The notes under the pieces: model-generated | What the model saw: the letters and a program-made list of their open reading frames with translations, nothing else | What the model was told of the DNA's origin: nothing | Databases searched by the model: none | Made by a program: the position numbers and the translations under genes | In this document: positions 1 to 8,728 of the stretch, in pieces | Numbering within the stretch: position 1 is the stretch's first letter | How the letters are laid out: each line of letters begins with the position of its first letter | Assembly: GCA_002709385.1 (NCBI GenBank) | Contig: PAQS01000040.1 | Location: 155,066 to 219,065 of the forward strand | DNA: 64,000 nucleotides | DNA from: Waddliaceae bacterium | GTDB taxonomy: Bacteria; Chlamydiota; Chlamydiia; Chlamydiales; GCA-2709385 | Direction: 5' to 3'

Positions 1-1252
1 AATTTTGTAAAAAATGGCCTTTTTGACTTAAAGACCCATCAGAAAAATAAGTTTCAAATTTTCCATGAGGAACCTCGTTTAAAAGCTCCATTGTTAGCTC
101 TTTATTGCCTTCAGTTGAGTAACGTGTCAAAGTACAAGTTTCTTGATCTTCGCTATACTCTCTTTCTTCTGCAATACGAGCTACTTCATCAGAATTTTCA
201 CTAGAATGGTAAATCCTAACAGTATGAGCAAACATACCGTTTAAATACTGTCCTTCTGCCTTTAACGCGCCATCAGTATACCATTCTTTAAAAGGACCCG
301 ATGCAATTCCTTCATCGTAGGTCATCTGAGCTTCGAGAGCTCCATCAGGATAGTAAATTTTCTTAAGACCACTGATTTGTCCGTTCTTAAAAGGAATCTC
401 TTCGCGAATGACAAGGTTGGCTTCAGCCATGTGTGGTTTTTGCTCAGCATTATTAGAAATGTAAGTAAAAAATATACCGCTTCCTTTCGAAAAAGTTGAA
501 GTACGTAGAGTTCTGCCGTCTACATTTCTCCAAACCCACTCTCCATCAGGGATACCCATTTGTAATTGGCCGTCTACCAACAAGACAGAACGCTTACTCC
601 ATACCTTTTTAGATCCATGTTCTTGATCATTCACATAACTTAGCTCTAATGAACGAACCCCATTATCATGCCAATATGTAAAACGACCTTGCTTCTTTCC
701 ATGTACATAAAACTCTTGAGATGCGCTTTTACCATTAGGATGGAAGGTATTGCGAGGACCATGCAAGGCATCCTGCCAATAATTTTCTTCAACAAGAAGT
801 TGTTGCTGCCCATTCCAAACACGCCATGCACCAGTACGTTTTCCAAGCTGGAACTCTCCTTCTGTAAGGCTTCCATCTTCAGCCACAAAAACCCACTTAC
901 CATGGCGAGTACCATTCGCAACAGCCCCGTGACTAGATAAACTACCGTTAGGGTAAAAAGTCGTTTCAGTTCCATGTTGAATATATGAACTGTCCGGCAT
1001 CCTAGCAAATGTTTGAATTAACTGAGGTTGACCGTTAGGAAAGTAACTGCGCTGCTGAATACTATCTGCATATACACCGTTTTTTTCACGCGGACTAAGA
1101 CCTAAAGTTCCTGTTGCTCCACGCAAAACAGATTCTTGAATTGCTTGCAAAGCAGCTCCTGGAAAATGAGCTGCTTCTCCTGCATAAGCTGTAGCAGTAG
1201 AAATAAGCATTAAAAGAGAAAGATTGACGACGAAAGACCGAAAGGAATTCAT
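1..1252 (-). CDS. MORN-repeat (YwqK / MORN_2-like) secreted protein; 3' end runs off the window
   Basis: Absent from the ORF track because no stop lies in the window. My own translation starts at the ATG at 1252-1250 and gives a signal-like N-terminus, MNSFRSFVVNLSLLMLISTATAYA. It continues with repeated Y/F-x-NG..G..xG.W/Y units (TFYPNGSLSS..GTRHGKWVF; TFHPNGKSAS..GKKQGRFTYW; KIYYPDGALEA..GIASGPFKEWY). I spot-checked the frame for stops at several places and found none. Confidence 0.6.
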   Translation of the reverse strand, partial: MNSFRSFVVNLSLLMLISTATAYAGEAAHFPGAALQAIQESVLRGATGTLGLSPREKNGVYADSIQQRSYFPNGQPQLIQTFARMPDSSYIQHGTETTFYPNGSLSSHGAVANGTRHGKWVFVAEDGSLTEGEFQLGKRTGAWRVWNGQQQLLVEENYWQDALHGPRNTFHPNGKSASQEFYVHGKKQGRFTYWHDNGVRSLELSYVNDQEHGSKKVWSKRSVLLVDGQLQMGIPDGEWVWRNVDGRTLRTSTFSKGSGIFFTYISNNAEQKPHMAEANLVIREEIPFKNGQISGLKKIYYPDGALEAQMTYDEGIASGPFKEWYTDGALKAEGQYLNGMFAHTVRIYHSSENSDEVARIAEEREYSEDQETCTLTRYSTEGNKELTMELLNEVPHGKFETYFSDGSLSQKGHFLQN

Positions 1253-1431
1253 CACGACCACCCGAGAAAGTTATATAGAATTATTTTGATTGTATAGAGG
1301 AAAAGCCAAAAGATGCAAGAGGGGAAAATGAGTATTTAGTTTTTGTATTATTCGAGTTTTTACTAGATTTATATGCTTATACAAAATATAATTTATGGTC
1401 GCTTTATAAAATTAATTAATAAAGGTTTAAT

Positions 1432-2088
1432 ATGGCATCTCCATTAACCAATGAAGCTCTTTTGCCTATTGATTATTCACAGAAAAGAGATCGTTACTTT
1501 CGTGATCTTAATAGTGAATCAGGAGAATTGCTTCGACGCTTTGTTGTGCGCAAATTAAGCTCTCGTCAGACGTTTTGCGTTCGTAATTTATGGACTACGT
1601 TTGAAGCAATGGGAGAAGCTTATAAAAAATCGGTTACAGTTTGTAGTCGTGTTGGAAGTGGTCTAGGTGCTGTTTCATCTGGATTTTTAGCTATTACAAG
1701 TTTAGCTGCAGCTACTATTGTAACTTTTGGTGCAGCTTTAGTTGCAGCTGGTTTGCTTACTGTAGTTATAGGCGTTGGAACTGCAGCCGGAGCTGTTCTG
1801 GGTGGAGCTCTAGGGTTAGTTTTAGGTGTACCTGCTTCGTTAGTTGCAGCGGTCATTCATCATATATCTGTTATACGTAAAGAAAAAGTATTTAAGGATT
1901 TGATTTCTCATTTTAGAGATCGAATCGAAGGTGGTTTTGATCTTCACTACAACGATTTTAAAGAATTAAAAAAAGTCTTTAGCCGTGAAGATTTACGTGA
2001 AGTTTATGATGAGTGGATTGCATGCCGATCTTCTGAGATTCATCCTTTAGAACGCAGAAAAATCAGACGCTATTTAGAAATTGAATAG
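1432..2088 (+). CDS. hypothetical membrane protein with a ~70-aa Gly/Ala-rich hydrophobic block (Inc-like topology)
   Basis: 218-aa ORF. Its central stretch, GLGAVSSGFLAITSLAAATIVTFGAALVAAGLLTVVIGVGTAAGAVLGGALGLVLGVPASLVAAVI, is flanked by charged soluble ends. I recognise no family. Confidence 0.5.
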   Translation: MASPLTNEALLPIDYSQKRDRYFRDLNSESGELLRRFVVRKLSSRQTFCVRNLWTTFEAMGEAYKKSVTVCSRVGSGLGAVSSGFLAITSLAAATIVTFGAALVAAGLLTVVIGVGTAAGAVLGGALGLVLGVPASLVAAVIHHISVIRKEKVFKDLISHFRDRIEGGFDLHYNDFKELKKVFSREDLREVYDEWIACRSSEIHPLERRKIRRYLEIE

Positions 2089-2135
2089 TTTGTAAAATGG
2101 GAGAGAGTTCTTATTTCTCTCCCAATAAAATCTTC

Positions 2136-3695
2136 TTAGCTTGTAGCAAGCACTTCAGAATTTTTTTCACTATTATTCACATTGCTTGTACTTGGCGCTG
2201 AGCTTAGTGCTTTGAATTCTTTAGATAAGACTCGAACAGCTAGAATCCAGCATACAATAGATGTAATAGTGATTATAGCGATATAAGGTGCGCTCATGGT
2301 GAATGAGGCAAACACAAACAAAAATATTTGATGAATCAGTGAGCCACCTGATTTACCCATACGCGAAATAACACCGTCAATAGCAGCTTTTCCGTGAAGT
2401 TTTTGCTCTGGATCTAGAGGAATAAAAGCCATCTCTTTCGTGTTATCAAACACGGTGTATTTAGCAGCTTTACTGAAAGCATTATGAGCTGCACCAAAAA
2501 AGACAACTACGACAAGAGGCGATAGGCCGTCCAGTACAGGGAACAACACTGCCATGCTAGGACCAAAAAGCAAGAAGCCAAAAAAGCCCAAAGTTGTGAT
2601 TAACATAATAACAGGGGTCAGCATCGCTGTAAATGTCCATCCCAATCTACGTATAGCATTACCGCTAATGAAAACAGCAGTGAATGTAGAAATGACACCC
2701 ATTACAGAAGTAAGTTTGTTCATATAGATGTTGTACTGAGCGCCTGTTGGGTAAAGTTGGCGTAGTTGATCTTTCCACAGTACTTCGACCAAATTAATGC
2801 ACAAGTTGTAACCTAGAACCAAAACAGCAAGACAAATCAAGTATTTAGAACTGAGCAATAAGCGAAAGCTTTCGCTTAAAGAGCCCTGATTTTTCTTCTT
2901 GCTTGAAGGAGAGCTCGGGGTCGATAACTCTTCTGGATAGACTACATTTACATGAAGCCAGCGATAAATAGCTATAATGGCAAAGCCAATAACAATCACA
3001 ACAGAACAAAGAGCGATGATTGTTTGTTCCCAGGCGTCATGTGCAGAAGGTAGAAAAGGAACAGATTCTTCAAAAGTTAAATATAAAGCTGCTTGAGCTC
3101 CAGCAACAGCAGCTAGGTTAGCTCCGATACCAAATACACTGTAAAAACGTTTTGCCTCACATACTTTCGTGATGTTGTTGGCAAATCCCCAGAAAAGTAC
3201 AGAAAGAACAATAGCAGCCCATAATTCTGATAGAGCGTAAAAAATAGAAAAAGACCAGTTACGAGCTACTGCTATAAGACCTGCCATCCCATCTGGTGTA
3301 AGCTTCGTAATATAATCAGCCGTAGCATGTGGATGAATCCAATCACGATTAGGGTAAAGAAGGGTAATAAAGAGCAAGAAATAGGTAAGGAAAAAAATAA
3401 CGACACAGTAGAAAACTTTTTCCTGACTCATTATTCGCCCAAGCTTGCTTAAGGCATAGGTCAAAAATACAGCAAAAGGTAACATCGCCCAGACTTTTAA
3501 GAACGGAATGACTTCAGCTCCAGATCCTCTAGCGTTTACTACAATTGCGTCTTTAAGATTTTTAAGTATGCTGTAGTTAAAGCAAATCAGAAAGAAAATG
3601 CACAACATGGGTATGAGCTTACGAAGCTCATGCATATGGATGGGCCAGAGATAGGATCTAAGTCCAGTAAATTCCTCTGTTTCAGAATGGGCCAT
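2136..3695 (-). CDS. ntt: nucleotide (ATP/ADP-type) translocase, TLC/NTT family
   Basis: 519 aa and polytopic. Motifs FLKVWAMLPFAV, FWGFANNITKVCEAKRFYSVFGIGANLA and GKAAIDGVISRMGKSGGS are typical of the PF03219 antiporters of Chlamydiae and Rickettsiales. Confidence 0.9.
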   Translation of the reverse strand: MAHSETEEFTGLRSYLWPIHMHELRKLIPMLCIFFLICFNYSILKNLKDAIVVNARGSGAEVIPFLKVWAMLPFAVFLTYALSKLGRIMSQEKVFYCVVIFFLTYFLLFITLLYPNRDWIHPHATADYITKLTPDGMAGLIAVARNWSFSIFYALSELWAAIVLSVLFWGFANNITKVCEAKRFYSVFGIGANLAAVAGAQAALYLTFEESVPFLPSAHDAWEQTIIALCSVVIVIGFAIIAIYRWLHVNVVYPEELSTPSSPSSKKKNQGSLSESFRLLLSSKYLICLAVLVLGYNLCINLVEVLWKDQLRQLYPTGAQYNIYMNKLTSVMGVISTFTAVFISGNAIRRLGWTFTAMLTPVIMLITTLGFFGFLLFGPSMAVLFPVLDGLSPLVVVVFFGAAHNAFSKAAKYTVFDNTKEMAFIPLDPEQKLHGKAAIDGVISRMGKSGGSLIHQIFLFVFASFTMSAPYIAIITITSIVCWILAVRVLSKEFKALSSAPSTSNVNNSEKNSEVLATS

Positions 3696-3751
3696 TATGT
3701 CCGTCGCCAGAATAAATAAATCATTTGTCCCATAAAAAAATTATGAGCTCC

Positions 3752-3777
3752 CTGTGATAGTCATTAGAATATCACAG
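3752..3777. promoter_or_regulatory. perfect 8-bp inverted repeat (ctgtgata-N10-tatcacag) upstream of ntt
   Basis: Read directly from the sequence. It lies 57-82 bp upstream of the start codon at 3695. Operator function is only inferred. Confidence 0.3.
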
Positions 3778-3999
3778 CATTATCAAATTTTTTATAAAGA
3801 TCTATAACTAGAAACTATATTTAGTTCAGAAATAGATTAAGTAGGTCACGAGGATAATATTATGCATTATTTTGCTAATAGATTCAAGGATAAGGGGGAG
3901 TCAAAGGTTAAAACTTTTCTAAGCTTAGCATAACCCTACTTAATAATTGAATAAGGGTAAGATAAGCTTAGAGAAAATGGAAAATTGCAATAAGAGAGA

Positions 4000-4917
4000 T
4001 CAAATAAGAGCTATGTCTGGATGCATTTTTTTGGGATAAAATGACCCACTTGCTTGTAGAAGAAGAGGACTTTGAATGTCTTCTTTTTTTATCATTTCAG
4101 CATTTAGGTGCTTCTTTTGAGGGTTTGGGGAAGTAAATAAAGTATTTGTACGATCAATAAGTTCGCTTGTCTGTAGAGATAAAATTTCATCCACGACTTC
4201 ACTTAGATGATTACGTACGTCAAACTCAGCGCTTTTTGCTAGAACTTGGCTATTTAAATCAAACGGGATGAAGCGAGATGGTATAAGAATTGAACTCGAT
4301 TTAAGCTTAGAGTCTAAACCGGCTGCTAAACTTAAAGATAATAAAAGGTCAACTCCATCATAGCCACGCATAGTCATTTGAGTAGTACCGTAGCGCAAAT
4401 GAATTTGACACTTATTGGATGGTGAATAATAAGTTCGGCACTTTCCTTTATTGGGAATTTTAACTAGATCTAGGTTAGAAAGAAGTTTAGAAAAAATTGA
4501 TTCGATGAGGTCTAGATGAGCTGGACCTGAACTATTGCGGTGTACTTGAATACATAATAAAGCATCTTCGTCTGAAGCTTTTTGACTAAGACGATGGGTG
4601 TTTTCAATGTAGTATTTTAATGTTATTGCTTGAGCTAAGGTAGTCTGTGCTTCGTTATACTCTAGAACAGAACTTTCTTTGAGGGTGTAAGTGTTTTGTG
4701 AGGTAATTTCATCAAGGTCCATTTGATTATGTAAAGGTCGGTCGATGATAAAACAAAGATTGGCCCAGATTTGTTTTGAAGATAAGCGGAATTTTGGGAG
4801 ATTACCACCTTCGATATTTAATGCCCCGCCATGGCTAGGTAATTCGTTTATATGAATAGTTGTAGCAAAAACAGAAGATGAAACAAGTAATAAAGCAATA
4901 AAATATCGATAGAACAT
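4000..4917 (-). CDS. hypothetical secreted protein
   Basis: 305-aa ORF with a signal-like N-terminus, MFYRYFIALLLVSSSVFATT. It sits between the two ntt paralogues. I recognise no domain. Confidence 0.5.
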   Translation of the reverse strand: MFYRYFIALLLVSSSVFATTIHINELPSHGGALNIEGGNLPKFRLSSKQIWANLCFIIDRPLHNQMDLDEITSQNTYTLKESSVLEYNEAQTTLAQAITLKYYIENTHRLSQKASDEDALLCIQVHRNSSGPAHLDLIESIFSKLLSNLDLVKIPNKGKCRTYYSPSNKCQIHLRYGTTQMTMRGYDGVDLLLSLSLAAGLDSKLKSSSILIPSRFIPFDLNSQVLAKSAEFDVRNHLSEVVDEILSLQTSELIDRTNTLFTSPNPQKKHLNAEMIKKEDIQSPLLLQASGSFYPKKMHPDIALI

Positions 4918-4986
4918 TGTAAACCCCTTTTTAAAAATAATTCCTCAAAAGAGGGGTTTTATCATTAGCTACAAAGCAAAGTCAAA

Positions 4987-6558
4987 CTAATTAGCTGCTG
5001 TAGCTAGATCAGCTTCACCTATTTTTTTACTTGCTTGGCTGAGAGGTTGTGGTCCACTTGTAAGAGCGCTAAACTGAGCTCCAAGGCTTTTAGTTGCTCC
5101 AATCCACATAAAGACAAGTACAAATAGAACGACCGCAACGTAAGGCGCGCTTACTGTTAAAGTGGAACAAAATACAAGGAGCCCTTGGTGAATCACCGAT
5201 CCACCACACTTTCCTAGACGTGAAGCGACTCCATCAATAGCTGCCTTACCTTGAGATTTGAGGTCTGTACTGAGAGGTACAAAAGCCAGCTCTTTTGTTG
5301 CATCAAAAACAGAGTACTTGGCTCCTCTGCAAAGGGTATTTTGAAGTCCGCCAAAGAAAACTACAATGGCTAAAGGACTAGTTCCCCAAAAGAAACCGGA
5401 AACTGAATTCAAAGAGTCTTTGAAAAGTAAAAAGGCAAAGAATCCTACGCTTGTTGTAAGAAGAATCATAGGAGTAATCAAAGCTGTAAATGTCCAACCA
5501 CAGCGACGAATAGCATTGCCAGATATGAATAAAGCTGAAAAAGTAGAAGCAATTCCAATCGCAATCGTAATTTTATTCATATAAATATTGTAATCGATCG
5601 GGTCAGGATAGAGTTGTTTGAGTTGATCTTTCCACACAACTTCAACTAAATTAATTACAACATTGTACGAAATAACGATAACGGCAATGTTAAGTAAGTA
5701 TTTATTTTTCATTAAATAAAGAATACTGTCTCGAAGAGACATGCGTTGGCGATCTTTTACTGGTGTTTGATCCATTGTAGCGGGATCATAAAAGCGAGGG
5801 TCTGTCAAAACATTAGTGTGAACCCAGCGAAACAAGATAATGGTAGCGCAACCAGACAAGAGAATCATGCTAATCAATAAAACTAAGGTCTGATGCCAGG
5901 CATCTACGCCAAAAGGAAGGTTAGGGTTAAGACTTGTTTGACTAAGAGAAATAGATAGCTTACCAGCCATAATTCCCGCTAAGTTTGCTCCAATACCAAA
6001 CAAAGCATAAAAACGCTTCGCTTCACCCAAACGAGTAATTTGATTAGCAAACCCCCAGAAGAGAACAAATAAAACAATAGCTCCCCAAGACTCTGCCATA
6101 GCATAAAATAAAGTGAATGGCCAAAGACGTATCATGTCCACTAAACCAATCAGACCAGTAGGAAGAGAGTCACTTAACCACGAAAGAGAATCATCAAGAA
6201 GAATAGATTCTTTATGAGGGTAAAGAACGAAAGCAAATAAAGCGAAAAAGCTAAGAAATCCTCCCATCATCAAATAAAAAACACGCTCGCGGTCGAAACG
6301 GTTAGATAAATGCGTGAATATTGCCGTTAAAGCAACAGCAATAGGAAACATCGCCCAAACTTTTAAAAAAGGTATAACGCCAGCACCAGACTCCGCAACA
6401 GTAACAATCATGGAATCCTTCATCGTTCGCAAAACATTGTAATTGAACGATATGAAAAAGAAAATTAGGAGCATTGGGACAAGTTTCTTTAGTTCATAAG
6501 TATGAACTGGCCATATATAGGAACGAAGTTTACTAAACTCTTCCGTAGAATGACTCAT
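4987..6558 (-). CDS. ntt: nucleotide translocase, TLC/NTT family (second paralogue)
   Basis: 523 aa and colinear with the 2136-3695 product. Shared motifs are FLKVWAMFPIAV, FWGFANQITRLGEAKRFYALFGIGANLA and GKAAIDGVASRLGKCGGS. Confidence 0.9.
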   Translation of the reverse strand: MSHSTEEFSKLRSYIWPVHTYELKKLVPMLLIFFFISFNYNVLRTMKDSMIVTVAESGAGVIPFLKVWAMFPIAVALTAIFTHLSNRFDRERVFYLMMGGFLSFFALFAFVLYPHKESILLDDSLSWLSDSLPTGLIGLVDMIRLWPFTLFYAMAESWGAIVLFVLFWGFANQITRLGEAKRFYALFGIGANLAGIMAGKLSISLSQTSLNPNLPFGVDAWHQTLVLLISMILLSGCATIILFRWVHTNVLTDPRFYDPATMDQTPVKDRQRMSLRDSILYLMKNKYLLNIAVIVISYNVVINLVEVVWKDQLKQLYPDPIDYNIYMNKITIAIGIASTFSALFISGNAIRRCGWTFTALITPMILLTTSVGFFAFLLFKDSLNSVSGFFWGTSPLAIVVFFGGLQNTLCRGAKYSVFDATKELAFVPLSTDLKSQGKAAIDGVASRLGKCGGSVIHQGLLVFCSTLTVSAPYVAVVLFVLVFMWIGATKSLGAQFSALTSGPQPLSQASKKIGEADLATAAN

Positions 6559-7031
6559 AGCAAGCCCTTTGCTTTCTGTAAGCGTAATATAAAATTTAGG
6601 AGAATGTTAGTGAGAAGGAGAGAAACAAGAAGCTTTTTACCAGAAGCATATAAGCGCGCAGCAAGGCACTCGTTGAACAGAGAACCTAGATGAAAGCGAA
6701 TAGTATGCCTCGACATGGAGTCCTGCGCTTTTGTCTCAAGCTACTCAAAACGTAGAGTAACTTCGTTAATCCAATTTGCCGGAAATCAAAGCAGACTACA
6801 TGCTGCAACGACACGGCCTTTTCCTAGGAATAATAGGAAAAACTCTAAAAAGAGTCAATAAATATATTATATAACAAGTTGTTGCTGAGAGAGTTCGATT
6901 GTCAACAAGCTAAACAGAGCACAAAGAAGAAAAATACTTCAATTAGCATCAGAAGGTGTCGAAATTCAGTGAAAATGCAAAAACTCTATTCTTAAGCAAG
7001 CATTATCTGAATTCCGCTACATTTAGATCAA

Positions 7032-7063
7032 GGAGATACTCGTGTATCTCCCTTATCTTTATT
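7032..7063. terminator. hairpin ggagatac-tcgt-gtatctcc followed by a T-rich tract (plus-strand sense)
   Basis: Read from the sequence. It lies just beyond the 3' end of the minus-strand gene 7071-7712, but the T-run is on the plus strand, so the strand it serves is unclear. Confidence 0.3.
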
Positions 7064-7070
7064 CATAAAT

Positions 7071-7712
7071 CTAGGGAATAATAAGTTTTTGGCCGATGAC
7101 AATCAGATCTTTTTCGAGTTGGTTAGCTTTTTTGATGCCTTCAACCGTAATTTTAAATTTCCGAGCTATTTTATCTAAACTATCGCCCGATTGTACTGTA
7201 TAGGTTGTACTCTTTTGAACACTAGGCCGCTTATGATCGCTTTGTATGGCGTCCATTAAGCTTGTCAGGGCCTTTTGCAAGTTGGCTTGGTTGCGGTCTT
7301 GTTGGGTAATAGCTTCATCTAGCTGGGTAAGCTGCTTCTTTACTCCTTCGAGACCAGCAACTAATTCATTATTGTGTCTGCGGATCTTGTCTAAATCCTG
7401 GCGGACACCTCTATAATTCGACTCTAAATTTTTTAATTGCTCTTCAACGCCACGAGATTGCTTCTGAATCCCTTGGCGTTGATTGCTGATCTCTTCCATA
7501 ATTTGCTGGCGAAGGGCTGCAATAGTTTGATCTTGAATCTCGATCTTATCATCAAGAATAGCCATCTCAGTTGTGAGATTATGCAATTCATTTTGTAACA
7601 AACGAACCTGCTGCGAAGAACGATCCTGTTTCGCAAACAGAGCAGTAGGAGCGAAAGCTGCAACAGAAAGAGATATACTCAAGTAAAAGCTTAATCGGTT
7701 GATCCAGTACAT
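7071..7712 (-). CDS. coiled-coil + C-terminal LysM peptidoglycan-binding protein (in the CpoB/YbgF position of the tol-pal cluster)
   Basis: It has an N-terminal hydrophobic segment and a long Q/E/L-rich helical region. The C-terminal LysM domain reads YTVQSGDSLDKIARKFKITVEGIKKANQL..LIVIGQKLIIP. The gene starts 7 nt after the pal stop. Confidence 0.7.
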   Translation of the reverse strand: MYWINRLSFYLSISLSVAAFAPTALFAKQDRSSQQVRLLQNELHNLTTEMAILDDKIEIQDQTIAALRQQIMEEISNQRQGIQKQSRGVEEQLKNLESNYRGVRQDLDKIRRHNNELVAGLEGVKKQLTQLDEAITQQDRNQANLQKALTSLMDAIQSDHKRPSVQKSTTYTVQSGDSLDKIARKFKITVEGIKKANQLEKDLIVIGQKLIIP

Positions 7713-7719
7713 AAATTCA

Positions 7720-8448
7720 CTAGTGGTAATAAATGCTAAACTGAGAGCGACGATTTAATTTCCAAGCCGATTCATCATGACCCATCGCAACAGGGCGTTC
7801 TTTACCGTAAGAAATAGTAAATAAACGCTCCATATTTACACCTTCTTTGATAAGAAGGTTGCGCACAGCATTGCTACGGCGAGAACCTAAAGATAAATTA
7901 TATGCCGCCGCTCCTCGTTCATCACAATGTCCTTCAATAAACAAATAAGCCTTCGGGTTTGCCTGCATATAGTTGGCAATAGCCTGAATTGTACGATAGT
8001 TTTCTTCCCCCTTTACCAAATTGCTATTATAAGGGAAGTGAATCGTACGGAAAATACGAGCTAAATCAGGGTAGCTATTGGTATCACGAAAATGCTCAAT
8101 TCCAGGTAATGGCCCCCCAGGATCTCCTGGAGAAATTCGTGATTGTGGAATAGCAGAGTCAGAGTCAATCGTATCTAAGCTAAGTGTTTGACCTGCTCCA
8201 ACTGAGCTTGTATAAAAATCATCCTGCAAAGGAATAAAGTCTTCTTCTTCACCATAAAATTCATCTGCTGAATTCACTTGGCGGGAAATTTTGTGACTGC
8301 CAAAAAGTGAGCGTACACCTTTACCCATGTAGCGTCCGGCAGTACGAGTATCGTCTAATACATCTCCACCTGATCGTCTACAGCCAAAAAGAAGCAATGC
8401 AATTATGCTGAATTTGAGGATTGTTCTCCAAGAGACCGTTGTCATCAA
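7720..8448 (-). CDS. pal: peptidoglycan-associated lipoprotein Pal (OmpA-like C-terminal domain)
   Basis: Carries a lipobox, LLLFGC. The OmpA_C motif reads IEGHCDERGAAAYNLSLGSRRSNAVRNLL..RLFTISYGKERP. Confidence 0.85.
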   Translation of the reverse strand: MMTTVSWRTILKFSIIALLLFGCRRSGGDVLDDTRTAGRYMGKGVRSLFGSHKISRQVNSADEFYGEEEDFIPLQDDFYTSSVGAGQTLSLDTIDSDSAIPQSRISPGDPGGPLPGIEHFRDTNSYPDLARIFRTIHFPYNSNLVKGEENYRTIQAIANYMQANPKAYLFIEGHCDERGAAAYNLSLGSRRSNAVRNLLIKEGVNMERLFTISYGKERPVAMGHDESAWKLNRRSQFSIYYH

Positions 8449-8728
8449 TAAACCTCGCAGTTACCCGCTTTACTTTGAAATCTGCACCACATTTGACTGC
8501 CAATACAGTCCGCTAATTAAATGTCCACTCTACTCAGGCTAACATCATTTATACAGTATCTTAAAAGCAGAGTAAAAAACACCTCAAAAAAAGCAATTCC
8601 CTAAACTAGTTCTTTGCTTACTTAGAACTTCGACTTCTCTACTAAAGCCTCAGTTGCTAAAAATAGTGTACTAGAGTCACCCTACCATAATTCTCTTAAT
8701 AGTTGAAAGAATTTCGTAGGATCTCAAA

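Noticed and set aside
646-1008. Track ORFs 646-1008 (-) and 668-940 (+)
   Set aside because: Both lie inside the long edge-truncated MORN-repeat reading frame (1-1252, minus strand) but in other frames. Their sequences are low-complexity, and one starts with TTG. They are shadow ORFs.
1620-1856. Antisense or off-frame ORFs of 60-140 aa inside confidently assigned genes. Examples: 1620-1856, 5366-5584, 7433-7663, 9080-9324, 13139-13717, 15566-16242, 21572-21781, 33144-33500, 37911-38271, 43022-43702, 51859-52250, 53070-53670, 54344-54699, 55180-55826, 60348-60828, 61348-62219 and 63166-63607
   Set aside because: Each is fully nested in a longer ORF that has clear family motifs. The nested ORFs have biased, repetitive composition typical of frame shadows, especially in the G+C-richer phage part, where stop codons are rarer.
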